Notes under the pieces: generated by a model
What the model was told of the DNA's origin: nothing
The model's database searches: none
What the model saw: the letters and a program-made list of their open reading frames with translations, nothing else
NCBI RefSeq assembly: GCF_001194135.2
Contig: NC_068981.1
Location: 132,606,423 to 132,670,422 of the forward strand
Length of the DNA: 64,000 bases
Reading direction: 5' to 3'
From: Octopus bimaculoides
Lineage: Eukaryota
Shown here: positions 59,625 to 64,000 of the stretch, piece by piece
Layout: the number at the start of each line of letters is the position of its first letter
Position numbering within the stretch: position 1 is the first letter of the stretch
Made by a program: the position numbers and the translations under genes

Positions 59625-60050
59625 CGCATTGGGTGAGACTGAAAGAATTAAAACTCTACTCCCTGGAGCGAAGACGGGAAAAATATGCAATAGTATACAT
59701 CTGGAAAATCCTAGAAAACCTTGTTCCAAATTTTGGCATTGTCACTTACACAAACAGCAGGATGGGTTGCTACTGCATGGTACCAAAGGTTCAAACATTA
59801 CCATCAGGATACAAGACCAGATACTGCAACAGCTTGGACTTCAAAGGCCCACAACTCTTCAATATCTTCCCACAAAGCCTGAGAGACCTGCATGGCATGG
59901 ATGTAGACTTTTCAAAACAAAATTAGATCTCCTTCTGTTAAGAGTTCCATATGAACCTACCTCGAGGCAAGAAACACAGATATGGACAACAATGTCAAAC
60001 TCCCTCATCCACCAAATGTCACATACCAGAAGAGGTTTAGTGAAAGTGTA
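59385..60050 (+). pseudogene. CR1-like LINE 3' fragment interrupted by (CA)n
   Basis: LWRTFILSHLDYCSQLWSP..ELGAIQQSYTK, then RLKELKLYSLERRREKYAIVYIWKILENLVPN..GPQLFNIFP. Confidence 0.9.
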
Positions 60051-60117
60051 GCAATGTAATAAACACTATATGCTTTTATGAGCTACAATTAGCTGCTGTT
60101 CTTGGACTGAAACTCAG

Positions 60118-60157
<40 letters not shown>

Positions 60158-60158
60158 T

Positions 60159-60360
60159 GCAGGAATGGCTGTGTGGTAAGTAGCTTGCTTACCAACCACA
60201 TGGTTCCGGGTTAAGTTCCACTGCCTGGCACCTTGGGCAAGTGCCTTCTACTATAGCCTCGGGCCGACCAAAGCCTTGTGAGTGGATTTGGTAGACAGAA
60301 ACTGAAAGAAGCCCGTCGTATATATATGTATACATATATGTGTGTGTGTGTGTTTGTCCT
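60159..60360 (+). mobile_element. SINE-B 5' half, young (runs into gap)
   Basis: GCAGGAATGGCTGTGTGGTAAGTAGCTTGCTTACCAACC head. Confidence 0.9.
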
Positions 60361-61438
60361 NNNNNNNNNNNNNNNNNNNNNNNNNNNNNNNNNNNNNNNN
60401 NNNNNNNNNNNNNNNNNNNNNNNNNNNNNNNNNNNNNNNNNNNNNNNNNNNNNNNNNNNNNNNNNNNNNNNNNNNNNNNNNNNNNNNNNNNNNNNNNNNN
60501 NNNNNNNNNNNNNNNNNNNNNNNNNNNNNNNNNNNNNNNNNNNNNNNNNNNNNNNNNNNNNNNNNNNNNNNNNNNNNNNNNNNNNNNNNNNNNNNNNNNN
60601 NNNNNNNNNNNNNNNNNNNNNNNNNNNNNNNNNNNNNNNNNNNNNNNNNNNNNNNNNNNNNNNNNNNNNNNNNNNNNNNNNNNNNNNNNNNNNNNNNNNN
60701 NNNNNNNNNNNNNNNNNNNNNNTATATATTACTTATTTCAGTCATTTGGCTGCAGACATGCTGGGGCACCACCTTGCAGAGTCTTAGATGAACAAATCAA
60801 CCATTGGACTTGTGTTTTTAAGCCTAGTATTTATAATTATCTAATAAACACAGGTGGGCAGTGTCAGATGATTGTGCTAAGACACCAAATGTGTTATAAA
60901 ACACATGACCTCAGCACATGTAACTAATTGTAGCTCATAAAAACATATATTGTATTTATTAAATAATTATCTCTCACCAGATGGAGTACTTTTTTGTTGA
61001 CTTTACCACACAGAATAGCACACTGTATACATATATATGTGTTATACGTATGTGTGGCTATGTGGTTAAGAAGCTTGCTTCCTAGTTTCATCGTTTTGGG
61101 TTTAGTACCATTGTACAACACCTACAGCAAGTGTCTTCTACTACAGACCTGGGCCTCCCTCACTAGCTAATCATTATCATTGTTTTTATGTTCACTTTTC
61201 CATGGTTGTATAGGTCAGAAAGAATTTGTTGATGTAGGCTGTCTACAGTTAGATACCTTTCCTGTCTCCAACCTTCATCCATTTCCAAATAAGGTAATAT
61301 TTCTCCATGACCAGACATGTTTTCACAGAAGATTGGAAATGCATAACACTGCTTATATGACAGTGTTTAGAACTATCATATGATGTCAAGACACAAGCAT
61401 ACACTTCCATGTAAATGTGTGCATGCACACATTAAAAG

Positions 61439-61674
61439 AAGGCGGCGAGCTGGCAGAAACGTTAGCACGCCGGGCGAAATGCTTTGCAGTATTTCGTCTG
61501 CTGTTACGTTCTGACTTCAAATTCTGCCGAGGTCAACTTTGCCTTTCATCCTTTCGGGGTCGATAAATAAAGTACCATTTACGCACTGGGGTCGATGTAA
61601 TCGACTTAATCCCTTTGTCTGTCCTTGTTTGTCCGCTCTTTGTTTGGCTCCTTGTGGGCAATAAAGAAATAAGA
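61439..61674 (+). mobile_element. SINE-A, full length, with 10-bp TSD
   Basis: TSD ACATTAAAAG at 61429-61438 and 61675-61684; A-box and B-box present. Confidence 0.9.
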
Positions 61675-62529
61675 ACATTAAAAGTATCAAGGTCACAGGT
61701 TTTGGAGGGTCTTGGAAAAATCTTTCAAATGTAGCAAGTAAAAACAAAAGAATGGAAGATTTGGCTGTTTTTTTCTCTAGCAAGTGTAACCCATCATACA
61801 TGTGTATACACACATATATGTACATACTTACATCTACATGTGTATATAGATGCATATCAGGGTACAGGACGTTAGAACAATGAACTACAGACAACGGAAT
61901 GAACACATAGGAAAGCAGAAAGCCATATATATATATATATATANNNNNNNNNNNNNNNNNNNNNNNNNNNNNNNNNNNNNNNNNNNNNNNNNNNNNNNNN
62001 NNNNNNNNNNNNNNNNNNNNNNNNNNNNNNNNNNNNNNNNNNNNNNNNNNNNNNNNNNNNNNNNNNNNNNNNNNNNNNNNNNNNNNNNNNNNNNNNNNNN
62101 NNNNNNNNNNNNNNNNNNNNNNNNNNNNNNNNNNNNNNNNNNNNNNNNNNNNNNNNNNNNNNNNNNNNNNNNNNNNNNNNNNNNNNNNNNNNNNNNNNNN
62201 NNNNNNNNNNNNNNNNNNNNNNNNNNNNNNNNNNNNNNNNNNNNNNNNNNNNNNNNNNNNNNNNNNNNNNNNNNNNNNNNNNNNNNNNNNNNNNNNNNNN
62301 NNNNNNNNNNNNNNNNNNNNNNNNNNNNNNNNNNNNNNNNNNNNNNNNNNNNNNNNNNNNNNNNNNNNNNNNNNNNNNNNNTATATAATACAAAGAATAT
62401 ATATGCATGTATACACACATATATGTACATACTTACATCTACATGTGTATATAGATGCATATCAGGGTACAGGACGTTAGAACAATGAACTACAGACAAC
62501 GGAATGAACACATAGGAAAGCAGAAAGCC

Positions 62530-62561
<32 letters not shown>

Positions 62562-63326
62562 TATATATCTGTGTATGTCTTTGTAGCTGTGTTTATCCAC
62601 CCTCTCCCCCAACTGCTTCACAACAGCTGTTGGTGTGTTTAGATCCCCATAACTTAGAGGTTCAGCAAAGAAAAAAACATGATAGCATAAGCACCAGGCT
62701 TATGCTACAGTACTGGAGTTGATTCATTCAACTAAAAATCCTCCAAGGCGGTGTCCCACACATACACACACTTACATATATATGCATATTCACACTCACA
62801 ATGACATATATTTTCACACTTACATAACATGTATTCATGGGAAATATGTTCCTGTTCATCAAGTTTCTACATAATTTTAATTAAGAAACAGATACTCTTT
62901 ATTTTAATCAATGAAGACATTATTCTATTTAAAACTCAATTCAAGGCTATATTCCCCCCTGGAAAACTAATAAATTTTACCCTTTTCAATTAATATTTGT
63001 GTAGTTTACTTATAATACAAATAAGATATTGTTTTCAATAATTCGACAAACTCTGACCTATTTTCTTGTCTACATGTATGTGTTTGTATCTAGGTGTAGA
63101 TGTCTGTATATATAAATGCATGTATGCTCATAATGCATATTGTGTATGTGTATCTCATCATCGCCATCATCATTGTTTAATGTCCACTTCTCCACGCTTG
63201 CTTGGGTTAGACAGAATTTCTTGTGGCCAATTTTTTACAACTTGTCACATTTCTTGTCTCCAGCCAACACCTGTTTCTTAGCAAGGTAATATTTCTTCAT
63301 GTTTCTTAGCAAGGTAATATTTCTCC

Positions 63327-63543
63327 AAGGTGGTGAACTGGCAGAAATGTTAGCACACCGGACAAAATGCTTAGCAGTATTTCATCTGTCTTTACATTCT
63401 GAGTTCAAGTTCTGCTGAGGTTGAGTTTGCTTTTCATCCTTTCGGGTTCGATAAATTAAGTACTAGTTGTGTACTGGGGTCGATGTAATCGAATGGCCCC
63501 TTCCCCCAAAATTTCAGGCCTTGTGACTAGAGTAGAAAAGAAT
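63327..63543 (+). mobile_element. SINE-A (CpG-decayed)
   Basis: Homologous to 11842-12052. Confidence 0.85.
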
Positions 63544-63553
63544 ATTTCTTCCT

Positions 63554-63878
63554 GAAGGCACATGGCTCAATGGTTAGTGTGTCAGGCTCACAATCAAGAG
63601 GTAGTGTGTTCGATTCCTGAACTGGGCTCTGTGTTGTGTTCTTGAGCAAAACACTTTATTTCATGTTGCTCCAGTTCACTCAGCTGTAGAAATGAGTTAC
63701 GACGTCACTGGTGCCAAGCTATATCGGCCTTTGCCTTTCCCGTGGATAACATCAGTGGTGTGGAGAGGGGAGGCTGGTATGCATGGACAGCTGCTAGTTT
63801 TCCATAAAACAATCTTGCCTGGACCTGTGCCTTGGAGGGGAACTGTCTAGGTGCAATGCCATAGTCATTCATGACTAA
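63554..63878 (+). mobile_element. SINE-D
   Basis: Homologous to 8001-8316. Related heads lie at 29580-29870 and 47085-47290. Confidence 0.85.
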
Positions 63879-64000
63879 AGCGGGGTTTTTACCTGTTTTA
63901 ATATTCCTTCATGGAAACAAACGATGTTGCTTGTTTGATGGTGATGCTTATTTTACAATCATCATATGAGATCAAGACTAGGGTTTACACAAATACACAC

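Noticed and set aside
61790-62545. ~150-bp exact duplication flanking the 61944-62381 gap
   Set aside because: Identical copies each ending in (AT)n beside a gap most likely reflect an assembly overlap or a collapsed tandem repeat; not interpretable without long reads.

Overview
AT-rich, microsatellite-dense eukaryotic genomic DNA from a gapped short-read assembly. The repeat content points to an octopus (inference). The recognisable gene is on the + strand and is an SLC7 L-type amino acid transporter light chain (LAT subfamily). Three internal coding exons were found by eye at 13960-14085, 20354-20453 and 34314-34358. They have canonical splice sites and join in frame to FIVFINCANVRWAARVQGIFTATKIFALLIVIVVGFYTLISGKSETWKRPFENTNKDIGHIALSFYAGLYSYSGWNFLNFVTEELKDPY(K). 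The N-terminal and C-terminal exons are not visible in the window. Almost everything else is intronic repeat: three tRNA-headed SINE families (named here SINE-A, SINE-B, SINE-D), many 3' tails of an RTE LINE ending in (GAT)n, one large dead RTE copy, CR1-like, R4/Dong-like and BovB-like LINE relics, a mariner fragment, and hAT-, piggyBac- and Tc1-like MITEs. The most unusual observations are: (1) several minimal type-I hammerhead-ribozyme-like motifs in Penelope/retrozyme-like relics, including one with an apparent G3:C8 core swap and an inverted twin pair; (2) a MITE family with 8-bp target duplications and GGAT termini carrying inverted telomeric (TTAGGG)n arrays; (3) many long inverted repeats in the pre-mRNA, which are candidate dsRNA/ADAR or back-splicing substrates; (4) a CpG-retaining domain in the first ~6.6 kb. 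Coordinates were counted by hand, and repeat boundaries are approximate unless TSDs or TIRs are quoted.
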